From Vermamoeba vermiformis (Eukaryota), in NCBI GenBank assembly GCA_045837725.1, contig JBEWZL010000265.1, forward strand, positions 1-64,000: a stretch of DNA of 64,000 nucleotides, given 5' to 3'. Positions 1-12,158 of this stretch are shown piece by piece (the stretch's first letter is position 1; the number at the start of each line of letters is the position of its first letter). The position numbers and the translations under genes are program-made. The notes beneath the pieces were generated by a model. It was given only the letters and a program-made list of their open reading frames with translations. It had not been told where the DNA came from and did no database searches.

Positions 1-154
1 AGGAGTATTTGAGTCTATAGAACTCGTCAAGATCTTGATTACTCGTCAAGAAGTTTTCCTGATCTTCGTTTGCACTGCTCACGCGCGTTTCCGCCGCCAG
101 CTAAAAAAATTAACAATGCCCGTATGAGATCAGTTTAGTAACATGCTTGGTCAT
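1..154 (-). CDS. Possible 5' part of a gene running off the left edge (unknown product)
   Basis: Minus-strand acceptor TTTTTTAG near 101 followed by an open frame LAAETRVSSANEDQENFLTSNQDLDEFYRLKYS; possible ATG near 154. No recognisable motif. Confidence 0.3.
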
Positions 155-322
155 ATTAAAAAATATTTTTCGTCCCTAATGGGGCTCAGGGCGCACATTC
201 GCAACTCTCCAAGGTACTCATCTGACTTCAAAATCAAATTCGGCCCCCGTAATCCGTAAGACCGAATTTTTTAAGCAATATTTTAATCCAATAATAACTA
301 TTAACCCGATTCTAGATGTGCG

Positions 323-2152
323 ATGATTTTACACGGATTAGATTTGCGTCAAAGCTTCTTCCTCGCAAATCGAGCTTCAATACATTCAGGTATTTGTATA
401 AAATTGCAGAAATAAAGTAAATTTATTTATTTCGACCTGCAGAGGCGACAAAATCGAGGTTCGATGCATGCAAAGAGAAGTGTACGGCTCCCTTGAAGCT
501 AAAATCGCTCTTCAGTCGTATGAATATTACACGTAATAAGAAATGAAATAATTAACGTGCATGTTTAGCAACTGACTGGACTGGCAAAGACATCCACAAC
601 TGGTTTCGGAACATCGGAGTTAGCAGCGCTTCAATAGCGAAAATCCCATCAGAATTAATCGAAAATGAGAGCAAGCTATTCGATTGGAAAAAAGTTAAGG
701 CGGAACTGAAGCAACGTGACGTGGATGCGTTGGACATTTTGCGGATCGAAAGCAAATTGAAGGAGTTCCGAACTGTCCGAAGCCTAATTGCCCCGGCACG
801 TAAAGTTCATGCTATTCAAAGTACCAATGGACTTAAATATCGAACTTGCAAGCTAATGCGTGATAGAAATTGCATCACTTCGCAGCGATCCAACATTCTC
901 GACGTTGAAATCAAGTGATAGCATGCAACAGGCGCACCGAAAGTTTATCGCTGTCCCTCCTTTGGGAAATATTCTTAATATGAAAGGTTATGACAGCCCA
1001 AACCAGTTCTTTTTTGTCTCTGACACTCACCTGCAAATTTGGGAGATGTACTACAAGACTTCACAAAACCCTGCTGAACGGCTCAAGTTGGTTCCTTCTG
1101 GACCTCATGGTGTGGGTAAATCTGGAATTGGATTGTTACTTGCATCTACTGCATTCATGCTCAAGAAGCCATTACTCTATTATGTAAGTTTGTTTTTTTA
1201 CAATTTAGTTGTTTTACTGACAACCTATTGCAGCCTCACATTCCGATTTCACAATTTGACAAAAAAGAAGTCCTCAATTCCATATATATGCTCAATGCAG
1301 ACCTGTTGGATGAGATACCTGAGTTGGAATTGGTTTTCAGGCACTTCACAATGGATTCCTCCATGTATGCTCCTATCAAAGAGTTGTCTTTGTTGGATGG
1401 AGCTGTCTTCATAATGGATGAACACAACACTTTCTTTTCAGATGCAAAGTACATGAGGACATTTGCAGACTTTTTAGACTTTTTGCCTTTCCATGTAAGA
1501 CAATACATTATTCTAGGCATTCAACTGACTGCCATGTAGTCTTTCAATCTTTGCATGTTTATTGGCTCAGCTCAGTCTAAGTTTGAATCAACCATTAAAG
1601 ATGCATACAAGAGTACACTTTTCTACTTGGCTCCATTTTCCTGGGAAGAGTTTTTGGCTTACATATCAGAACCAAACTCTGTAAGCACTTCTATAACCTG
1701 TCCAAAATTCTTACTAATGACCTTCATAAGCCTGTTAGCAACTTTCCATTAGACACAGTTCCTGGAGCCACTGTGATTGAGAAGCAAAGACTTATTTATG
1801 AAACCTTCAAGCTGGACCACCTAATAGGCGAACTTCATAGGAGTTTGACTGACAAGAGGCAACCAAAGTCATTTTTAGAAGTAGCTGAGGCTCAAGCAGC
1901 TGCTTACAAGAATTGGTTAGCACATGCAATAGCAATTCATGGAACAGCTTTTGCTGCACTGATTTTGAGCCTATGTAAAAATGGATCTGCACAACATTAT
2001 CATTTCACAGATATCCTTTATGATGGTGGATTGATCTATAAGAAAGGCAATAGGATGTTTCCTGCAAATCTTTTGGTCCAGACTGCTTGCAACCACTTTG
2101 ATGTAGGTGGCCAAATCAAGTGCATGTTCAAGTCCTGAATCCCGCTAGCTTT
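323..2152 (+). CDS. Crinkler (CRN)-like protein: SAM-like header + P-loop NTPase, apparently lacking a C-terminal nuclease; start uncertain
   Basis: Exon near 570-800 reads TDWTGKDIHNWFRNIGVSSASIAKI (SAM-like); Walker A SGPHGVGKSG; Walker B VFIMDEHN; LAPFSWEEF; several GT-AG introns. Confidence 0.6.
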
Positions 2153-2245
2153 AATATTTAGCTGAAGAATGAGCAAAGTTCGGCATTAATTTTAATTAAT
2201 CCTTTGGATTTCCTTGTAGCAGCATTGGATTAAATTATTTACGTC

Positions 2246-4339
2246 TTATTTGTGTTCAACAAAGTTTGTGTGGCCAGTAGCCATGGCATGTTCTGTTGCT
2301 GCTTTTTCACCAATGAGTACTAGAGGGTAAGTGATTAGTACAAGTAAATGTGAAACTAACAACTATGTACCTTTCTGACATTGTGTGCACAAGATCTTGA
2401 AAGCATTTGTGTCAGTGTATTGACCCTTAGCATGCAGTTTCTTGACGAATTCAAGTGCCATTGATGTCACTACTTCATCGTGTGGCGAGAACAATGTAAT
2501 GTCCATGTCTTGTGGTCCATCGTCCATAAAGTTGAACGCTGTGAAAAAAGTTGGTTCAGATTGCATGGTCTTAAAGTTTTAACATAAAACCAATTCATCA
2601 AATAAGCTCTAGAGCTGCTTAATAAAACAGAAAAAAATATGGTCTAGATCTGGATCTAGTTTTTACGACAAAAAATTTTCCCAAGTTGCAAAAAAAGAGT
2701 TACGTTAGCATGCACATACCTAAGCTATCATAATGAATGCCATCGTACACCAAACAAGCTCTCTGCGTGTAATTCTGACCCTCACCAAAACAATTGCTGC
2801 GCACGTTGATCACGTCAAACGCGACAATCTCGGAGCGATAATACTGCGATAATATTGCCAGCTCAATAGCACCGCCCCAGTGGTCCTTGTGCATGATCCA
2901 TTGCGCGTATTTAGCGGGAGGTTGGCCTAATATTGCTTCGGAATAATTGATCGGATCTGACAGCACGACATTCGCGATAATTTTACGCAGATCTGCTGCT
3001 GACTTTGTTTTATCCAATACGTATCTGCATATAATATCGTTAGAATGTCTAATGAGTTAATTGCAAATTGAATTTTTTCACTAGAAGAGAATTCATCGGA
3101 CCGACGGATGTGCCAGTTTCAAATTCGGGTTTTGTGCTATAATTCAAATATATACTAGCTATACTTGTCCACTTTATATATTTATGACTTACGCCACGGC
3201 ATTGAACAAGCACGAGTTGTCGTCAGGAATGGTTCGTTTCAAGATGACGCCATCGCCGGGACTGATGCGTGCTGGCTCTGCTTTTAACGGACCTGCGAAT
3301 GTAACGCCTATTAGAACAGAACGTCATATTACTGAGTATTATTGATGCAATAGGCCAAGTAAAAATTTCAACTCCGCTAGGCCAAGTCGCACAAAAAAAA
3401 TATAAGCAAATAAAGTTGATAAATTTCGAGTCTGTCAGACAACTTTATCTGCCCAGAGCAGCGCGGCATGAGAAATTCGCAGAATTTTAAGGAAACCGTT
3501 TGACTCGTAATTAACGCTTGTGCCGTACTGCAAATCTTATTCTTACCAGCATTGGTTTGACTATTAATAGAAATCGTATTCGGCGCATTAGTATTGTCGC
3601 TGCTGTGCGTGGTCGGAACATTATGTTGCGTGGCTGTGTTGGTATTGACGACAGTATTCGATGGCGTAGTATTAGATGATGCTACACTAGCTATAGGACT
3701 AGCACTTTGTTCGACCGTTAATGTGTCACCGTTCGTAAATAATTTTGAGATCGGATCTGACTCGCTCGTTGGAACAATTTCTTTTGGTGGATAGCCTCCT
3801 AAGACTATATAATATATTAAAATACGCGCTAAATTATTTAATTTTGACAAGGTCATTTTATACGTATTAATAGTGGCATAAAAAATTTTGATCTACATCT
3901 ACGTAGAAATTTGCGAGAATAAATCGGAGCAAGTCCGTCAATTTGATAATGTATATTAAAGACTATATTTTTCGCTAACTCGTACTTACATTTCTGATAT
4001 TCTGGCTTAATCGCAGTTTTTTCAGCAACCAGAGCGCGAAATTGACTCAAAGTGGTATTGCTGTCTAAGCCGCGGAAATTCTCCACTCCTTTCTTTGAAG
4101 AATATTAATGCGTGACGAAGAATCAAATGGAAGAATAATTTAAATTGGACTCGGAGATCAAGAAAAATTTCAAATAAAACTTTAAATTGCTATTCTGCTC
4201 GATCAAATTGTGATGATTCTATTATAATAATTGTACTATTATTTTAAATAATATTTGAAATTTCTGTGCTCCATCTTAGCAAAATTTCGTCACAGGTAAT
4301 TTTAACAAGACCTACCGGACTTCTTAATCTCAAATTCAT
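2246..4339 (-). CDS. OTU1: OTU1/YOD1 deubiquitinase (UBX-like, OTU, C2H2 zinc finger)
   Basis: MNLRLRSP start, GGYPPK, IPDDNSCLFNAV catalytic Cys, WGGAIELAILS, YDGIHYD, C-terminal CTQC...H...GHTNFVE. Confidence 0.93.
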
Positions 4340-4499
4340 TTTGTAATATTATTGCTGTGTTACTTCTTGCTGGTTTTTATAAATTATTACTCGACGCGAC
4401 CGATTCTGCCAGATTTGTGAAAAGTCACGTGATCTCGCCAAAAAGTTCGCTTCCGTACTCCGTGTATGATTGTGTAATATTTTGAACAACGAGCACAAC

Positions 4500-7400
4500 A
4501 TGTCTGCAGTCAATCCTAGCTTAGTTAAGGAGCGCCAAGCGATCAAATTCCCCGTCGATCAGTTAACGAGCCTGATGTGGGGTCCGTCGCTTGCTCAAAA
4601 GGTAATTTGAAGTCTCCCATAGTAATTAGGTCGTATTAATATTGGTTAATATTATTTCAACTCTTATTTTTGATTTATTTGATACCTTTCGATAATAATC
4701 GGATCCTAATTATCTTAATTTGTACAGAGAAAAGTAGATCGCATTATTAAAGAGCATATTGATACTTCTGACTTGAAGCTCGAGGATGGTATCTTAATGT
4801 CGAGAAAAGACCGCTTTGTTCGCAACGTTAAGGTAAATCTAGATCGTAACGAAAGTTCTAACGGTTACAAATTGAATAATCATTTTTTACGTAATTATAG
4901 GCATCTAAGAGGTTACTAGAATTGAGAAAAAAGCTCAATTTGACTGCCGAAGAATTTGCCGGGGTTCTTTCCTTCTTGAACGAGGTAAACTTCGGATTAC
5001 GAAACCGACAGCACAATATATCATTAATATCCCGCTAACAATATGCTATAATTATAACTTGCTATTTTTTGATCACTAATCTTATTAAGAGCGCATTAAT
5101 GAATTTTTGGATCGAGATTCGCTAACTTTTTGCTCCTTTCTAACCTTTACGATTAAGAGCTTGCCATTGACCGTCAACAACAGCATCTTTTTAACTAGTC
5201 TCAAGAACCTTGCTGCCGATTGGCAATCCGATTACATTCGTCAAGCGGAGAATCATGAACTGTTTGGATCGTACTCGCAAACTGAACTTGCTCACGGTAG
5301 TGATGTTCAAGCATTGAAGGTATGCATATTAAATAATAGGATACGGTTAATTATATGGCGAAGTATATTCTTCCAAATCGATTTATTGAAGATAAGCCGA
5401 GATCCGATCCTTCCAGTACAAATCGCTATTTTTTCTTCTATTGCGGGTCTTATAGTCTAAATATTACACAATTGATTCAATATGCATATTTGAATATAAT
5501 ACAGGCTGATCTCTTTATTCGCTAGACCACTGCTACCTACATCCGCGAGACCGATGAATTCGAAATTCATACTCCTGATATTGAAGCAATTAAGGTACAC
5601 ATAAATACTATCCATATTATAGTACTATATTAATCCTTATATTTGCTGTTTAGTGGTGGCCTGGAGGTCTTGGTTGGATGTCGAGCCACACGATCGTGTT
5701 CGCACAATTGATTATTGACGGCAAACGTTACAGCCCTCAACCTTTCTTGGTGCAGATTCGTTCTCGCGAAGGTAATTCTATCTCTATAATATTAATAATA
5801 TTTTATCAATTCATACCTTTGTTGTGCGTCGCTACGAAAATACGAATCTACATCCACCAAAAGTTTGAAATTTACTAAGGCTAATATTGCAATAGATCAT
5901 AAGCCTCTGCGCGGTATTGAGGTCGGAGATATCGGCCCTAAGATTGGTTTCAACACTACTGACAACGGTTTCTTGCGTTTGGATCACGTGCGCATCCCGC
6001 GTACAAACATGTTGATGAAATTCGCTAGCGTCGATAAGTACGTTAAATACATAGTATATACTTAACAATATATATTATGCACAGATGATTAATAATATTT
6101 TGCTTATAGGAACGGAGTTTTCAAGACGTTAGGAGATCCTAAAGCAGTTTACGCGAGCATGTTGGCTATTCGCGTAAATATGGTCGGATGGACTGCATAT
6201 GCTTTAGCCAAGGCCTCTGTTATTGCTACGAGATATAGCATCGTGCGTCGTCAATTCAACAACGAGACTCAGATCTTGGATTACAAATCGCAACAAAATC
6301 GAGTTTTGCCTTCTTTAGTCGGTACGTCAAAATAATTCAATTTTATTTCCATATTTGGTAAATTAATATTTTATTAATTATATTTGCAGGTGGCTACGCT
6401 ACTTCTTTTGTCGGTGAATGGCTGCGAGAAGAGCATCGTTTGTTGACCGAAGACATCAACAAAAATTCAAATTTTGAACGATTGCCGCAATTGCACGCGT
6501 CAGCTGCTGCACTGAAGAGCGATGCTAGCTTCCAATGCGTTGCTGGGTAAGTCCTAAAAATCAGATCACATCCGGTTTTGCAAATCCAGGATCGGATCTT
6601 AGTGAAGTATTGATCGTGCAAATGTTAATACGCTATTTTTAGTATTGAAGAGTGCCGTCGTGCATGTGGTGGTCACGGCTACAGTCAATTCAGCGGTCTG
6701 CCTGAGCTTTTGAACCTCAATTTGCAAATGATCACCGCTGAGGGTGAGAACTTGATTCTGACGCAGCAAGTCACGAGATATTTGCTCAAAGTCTTCCAAG
6801 ACGTTCAAGCCGGCAAGCCGTAAGTACATCATCATTTGCGAGTTCGCAGAAACACTTGCCTAATTTGGAAATTTTATCGAAATAGTGCCACTCACACCGT
6901 GAGCTATTTCAACAACTGGAAACAATTGTTGAAGGACAACTGCAGCGCTAAGTCCATCGAGGACATGAAGGACTTGCGTGTCTTGTTGCGTGCCATGGAA
7001 CATCGCACTGTAAAACTCGTGCTCGAGACCGCCAAGTCCATTCAAACTCAAGTACGTAATACCCAAAAATAGTAACATTCATTCGTGATTTTTCCAACGA
7101 AATTTCTCGCGTAATAATTATCGTATCTACTAGATGGGTAAAGGCCTTTCTCCCGCTCAAGCATTCGCCGAGTCACTTTTGTTGGTCAATGCCGCGTCAC
7201 GTGCTCACGCAACCGTCCTCACTGCACGTGCGTTCTTGACTCGCCTTGAAAAATTGGGCCAATCACCGCTCAGTGGAGTGTTGACTCGTGTTGCTGGCTT
7301 GTGGGGCTTGTACCGCCTCAACAACGAGTTGGGTGACTTTGCCGGATCTGCGCACTTCTCATCCGAACAAATTAACTTCCGTAAGTATCACGATACATTT

Positions 7401-7711
7401 TCCAGCCTACCTTAAAAGGAAACCATAGTATTTGTTCAAGTAGCCTTGCAAGATCTAGATCTGACATTTTTGCAGTTCGTGAGGCTTACCGCGACATGCT
7501 TGGTGAAGTGCGTCAAGAAGCGATTGGCCTGGCCGATGCATGGGAATTCAGCGACCACACTTTGAACTCGTGCTTGGGTCAATACGATGGCAATGTCTAC
7601 GAGTCTTTGTACAAACGTGCCAAGCAAGATCCGCTCAACCAACAGGACACTGCAGAGTTCAGAGAGTTGTTTGAGAAGCACGTCAAGCCTATGATCCACT
7701 CAAAGCTTTAA
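4500..7711 (+). CDS. ACOX: Peroxisomal acyl-CoA oxidase
   Basis: [58 protein letters not shown]-terminal PTS1 SKL; multi-exon. Confidence 0.95.
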
Positions 7712-7788
7712 AGACAGGCAACAATTAAGAAATCAGAACCATTCAAAAAAACAAAATTTATTAAACAACTGGTCAATTGTAATTGCAG

Positions 7789-10087
7789 TTACACGTTCTC
7801 TGCAGAAAAGAATTGCAGCATGCTTTGCCATGGCCCAAAGAGAGCAGGATCATTAATGACAATTAAATTTGTTGATGAAGCATATCCTCTGATAGCAATC
7901 TTATCATCTTCTGAGATTGTGCGATTGGTGAAAATGACTGGCACAAGTTTTGGTTTCATTGCTCTGAGCAACTCAACATTGAGATCACCAACTAATTTCT
8001 TCTTGTGAGTAACTTTCACTTTTTTTGATCCTTCCTTTTTCAGCTTAACTCCTGTTAACCCAGCTTCAAACCACTTCAACTTTTCCACTTCTTGCTTCAC
8101 CTCTGCAAATGTCAGTGGAGGAGCTCCAGCAGCTGCATGCTTATTTTGATGGGCAAAAAGTAAAACTTGACCATCTGTTGTTTTGACAAACATAAATCCA
8201 TCACATGAGCTTCCAGCAGTATTTAAGAACACAAATGTGAAAATGTTTTCAAGAGTGACTTTAATTTGTGTGTGCACTCTCGGTTTGGGCCAGCTGAAGG
8301 AAGTATCAGGCCAGCGCTCTTCTAATTCAATGTATGTAAGACTTTCAAGTTTCAGCTCCAAGTTCAAAAGCAAATTGGAACATGCCAAGCAGTGTCTGAA
8401 GTATTCCTTGATTGCCACATTTCTGTTGCCAAGTGCTAGAAGTGATGAAACCTTCATCATTTCATGAATAAGGTTGACTTTCTCAAAGTCTGACCAGTTG
8501 AGGGAAGCCTCAGGAGCACCCAACTTGGTAATGTATTTGTCAATTTCTTTGTTGTGTACTTGAGCAGCAATGTTAAATAGACTATACTTGGTTGTTTCCT
8601 CTGAATAGACCATCCTAAAGTAAAGGAATGGAATAACCAAATTACCTGTGTGACTGCCAAGATAAAGCCCTCCATTTGCAATCAGCTGTTCAACTGTACT
8701 ATCAGGATAAGGAATACTATCAAGTTTGTAGTGTTTTCCAGACAATATCACTTGGCATGACTTCAGCAAATACCCTTGTTTGAAGTTATATCTTTCTTGG
8801 ACTGTAGATGTCATTTGATTGGCAATGTCATTAAGATTGAGTGTCTTTGCACCTAAATCAAGCAAAATTTCAAGAAGGCTTGGCACACCTCCAGTGTAGG
8901 CAAACAATTTGAGATACTCTTTACGTCTGTGCCAATCATTTGGCAGCCATGGTAAGTTCTTCTTAGCTTGCATTAGTTCCACTAAATGGAATACCTCAGC
9001 ATTATTAAGACACTCCATTGGCAAAGAAACCATTGGATAGTTAGCTGAATGGCCCCATCTATTATCACCAAAGAGCTTCTCAACGCCAGAAAACATTGTG
9101 CCTGAATACAGAAGCAGTGTTAAAAGACTCTCTGAGTTAAATTTGATGTATTGTGTTGAAAATTCTCGAAACACATCACCTGCAAATTCAGGGTTGCCAA
9201 GTAACTTCTGAAATTCATCCATAAAAAAATACAGAGCTGTAGGTTTCATGTCTTTAACCAAGCAGGCCACAAAAGCTCCAAATTGAAATTGTTCTGGCAA
9301 ATCATCACCAAGAAGTGCAGCTAGGTTGCTTGCCCAGTGTGGGTAAGTCTCTTGGATGTTGAAGAGATTATAGATTGCTCTGGAGGTTAAAATCCAGTTA
9401 GCCTTTTCCCATGCTGTTTGCCATTTGTGACAACAGAGCAAATTCCACTTCCATTCTGAAAACTGACCATCAAGGTTATTCTTTTTGTAGACAGACATTG
9501 TAAAATGAAGTGATTTTGCTCATTTGTTTCAATGGCATCCTGCACTTTCTTCATAAGTAGATCTGGCAGCTCTATACCAAAACGAGTCTTTCCAATTCCT
9601 GGGGGTCCTGCTGCAAATAAGAGTGGGTTCTTGAGTCGATTGTATTCAGACCAAGATTTGCCAGCACGTGCCTGAACAGTAGACCAAACCTGATCCAAGG
9701 CTGCTTGACGTCCAACAAATGGCATCTCTTTAAGGTTGTTAATTTGACCATCAGGTATCATAGTCTGGCAAAGTTCCACAGGGATCATTAACTCTGTGAA
9801 TTTTAGTATACACTACCAAGAGTATTGCAATTACTTACCAATGCGAAGTTTGAGAATTGCTTGCCAAGCATCACTATTTGCAGTTGGCACAGATCTTTGA
9901 AGAGCATCAACAGAAGAAATGTTGGGATTTAAGGCTGATAACCCACCAAAGTTGCCATCTTTGAATGCCCTAATTTGGGTCTCATTCAAGTTTGTGTTTA
10001 ATCTGAACCAGTCAGCAAGTTGATCTGGGCTCCAATTGCCAACTTCATCTAATTGACGTTGTTTATCAGAACCCCTACTGGACATAG
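7789..10087 (-). CDS. Crinkler-like protein: SAM header + P-loop NTPase + PD-(D/E)xK REase-like C-terminus; frame disruption near 9390-9450
   Basis: NWSPDQLADWF (SAM), FVGRQ, GPPGIGKT, SFQNG, FFMDEFQ, YTGGVPSLL, DFEK, CDGFMF...HQNKH. ORFs 9387..9788 and 7789..9498 overlap in different frames. Confidence 0.7.
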
Positions 10088-10631
10088 AACTGACTAATGT
10101 TGTAAGGCAACGTGTCTTCACTATGTTTGCAAAGCCAAGTTGTTTTAATCTTGAAAAATCCTGAGTTTGGTGTCTGATAATAGTATAATTGGCAAAAATT
10201 ATTATCATCATTAGTTAAAGTTTATAGTTTGTAATAACTTACTGAAGATTGGGAAAGATCGTCGCAGAGGGATTAATTTTAAATTTGCAGCTGGCGACTT
10301 GCGAAAAAGGAAGTGCTTATTATAATGCATTAGTCATAAGTTATATCGGGTGTGAGTATTCGAATCCTTACCACTACTGCGAAGATTCGCGATCTGCTCT
10401 TTCTTCGTCAAACAATCAAGAAGCAAGTTCGTGGAACGGGTGCTCATTAAATACCGAAACATTGCAACTGATTACCAAATAACAAGTTGAATTTCAAAGA
10501 AGGACCGCTCGGTGCTGTTGTGTGGTGTTTCAAACGTTGGAAAAGAAAAATTGAACTTTTTTTTGATTCGCTGATCGAGGACAATTTTTTGCGCCATTAC
10601 GTAACACAAAACGACTCTGATAAATACAACA

Positions 10632-11165
10632 ATGGTAAGAGTACCTCGTAAAATTAGGCGTAGTATTTACTGATGAGTTTGAAGGGTAACGACGCCTCAA
10701 AGAAATCCGTCTTGGAAGCTTTGAAAGACAAACAAAATGAAGAAAAATTGAAAAACGCATTCGATCAATACGACACTGATAAGAGCGGTCACTTGAGCCT
10801 GGACGAGTTTGAAAAATTTGCTTCCGATTTCCTGAAGATTTTAGTTTCGGTAAATAATTCAAAAAAATTAAATCGTATTATTTTCACGTGCAATATTACT
10901 AATATTAATTGACAAAATCAACCCGCTGAAATTTTCAACTGGAATTCACATCCAGTTTTTACTGATCGAGCTTTAGGTTACAAAAGTCAACGCCAAAGCA
11001 TTTGCTCCAAAAGATATGAAGGCCTATGCTAAGGCACTCTTTGATATGACTGATACCGATAAGAACGGAAGCGTGACGCTCGAAGAATTCAAACAGACAA
11101 TGCAGATCAGCTCTGCTTGGGAATTGTCCGAAAAAATGTTCGAAAGTATTGTTGGCTCTGTATAA
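10632..11165 (+). CDS. Small N-myristoylated EF-hand calcium-binding protein (copy 1)
   Basis: ATG-only first coding exon gives MGNDASKK; EF loops DTDKSGHLSLDE and DTDKNGSVTLEE. Confidence 0.88.
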
Positions 11166-11448
11166 GGAATACTGCACGTATTTTATTATTAATTCTACGA
11201 TTGTATTTTTATAAAAATCGAAGTTGAAATTTTACATGTAAGATTTCGCTTACTTACTAGTTTCGTTAAAAATAAACGGTAGCGAACAATATTTATAAAA
11301 CCTCGAAAATACGCAAGTGCCGGCACAGGACACGGACGAGACAAATCGAGATTTTTGTTGCACGTCAGCTTGTCATTTATGTTTTTATTCGTTCTCTTTG
11401 TTCAATTATCGCACTAAATTGTCAACAAATAACAATACAAGAATTAGA

Positions 11449-11979
11449 ATGGTAAGCTAGCCTTTTTTTTACGCACAGATCAAGGTAATAAACGCTGATG
11501 ACGACAGGGTAACTCGCAAATGCAGAAGAAATCAATCATGGAGGCTTTAGATAATCCTCAAAGACGAAAAACTAAGAAATGCGTTCGATCAATACGATAC
11601 TGATAAGAGTGGCACTTTGAGTCTGGGCGAATTCGAAAAATTTACCGATGATTTCTTCAAGATCTTACTGATGGTAAGCCACGTACTAATTATTCATCCT
11701 GGAAAACCATGCCATACTATGACATTTTTGATTCAATTCGCCCTACACTCAGCTCCGAAATACTAATTTTATTTTTCGATCCAGGTGTCGTTCGTCAACC
11801 CCAAAGACGTAGACTACGATAAAAAAACGTTTTCCAAGGCACTATTTGACATGACAGATACGGACAAGAGCGGTACCGTTTCATTTGAGGAGTTTAAACA
11901 GACGATGCAGATCGATTCTGCCGTAGACTTGATCGAAAAAATGTTCCAAAGCATTACTCGTGATATAGGCTCTATTTAA
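11449..11979 (+). pseudogene. EF-hand protein tandem paralog (copy 2), frameshifted as sequenced
   Basis: Same exon structure as copy 1. MGNSQMQKKSIMEALDNPQ runs to TGA at 11601, while DEKLRNAFDQYDTDKSG continues in another frame. May be a homopolymer sequencing error. Confidence 0.6.
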
Positions 11980-12158
11980 TGAATTAAACGGATATTTCAT
12001 AGAGTTTTGACCTCATTATTCAGTGCCACGTGCTGTCAAAAGTTTAGCTAAAATCTTTTTGCCCGTTGACCCAATACAACAATTTCTTTACTATTCAGTC
12101 AATAACTGCTTTACGTAACAAAATAAAATACAACTTTTTGGTTTGGAACCAACCAGAG

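Noticed and set aside
9385-9460. Programmed -1 ribosomal frameshift in the CRN gene
   Set aside because: No in-frame X-XXY-YYZ slippery heptamer found.
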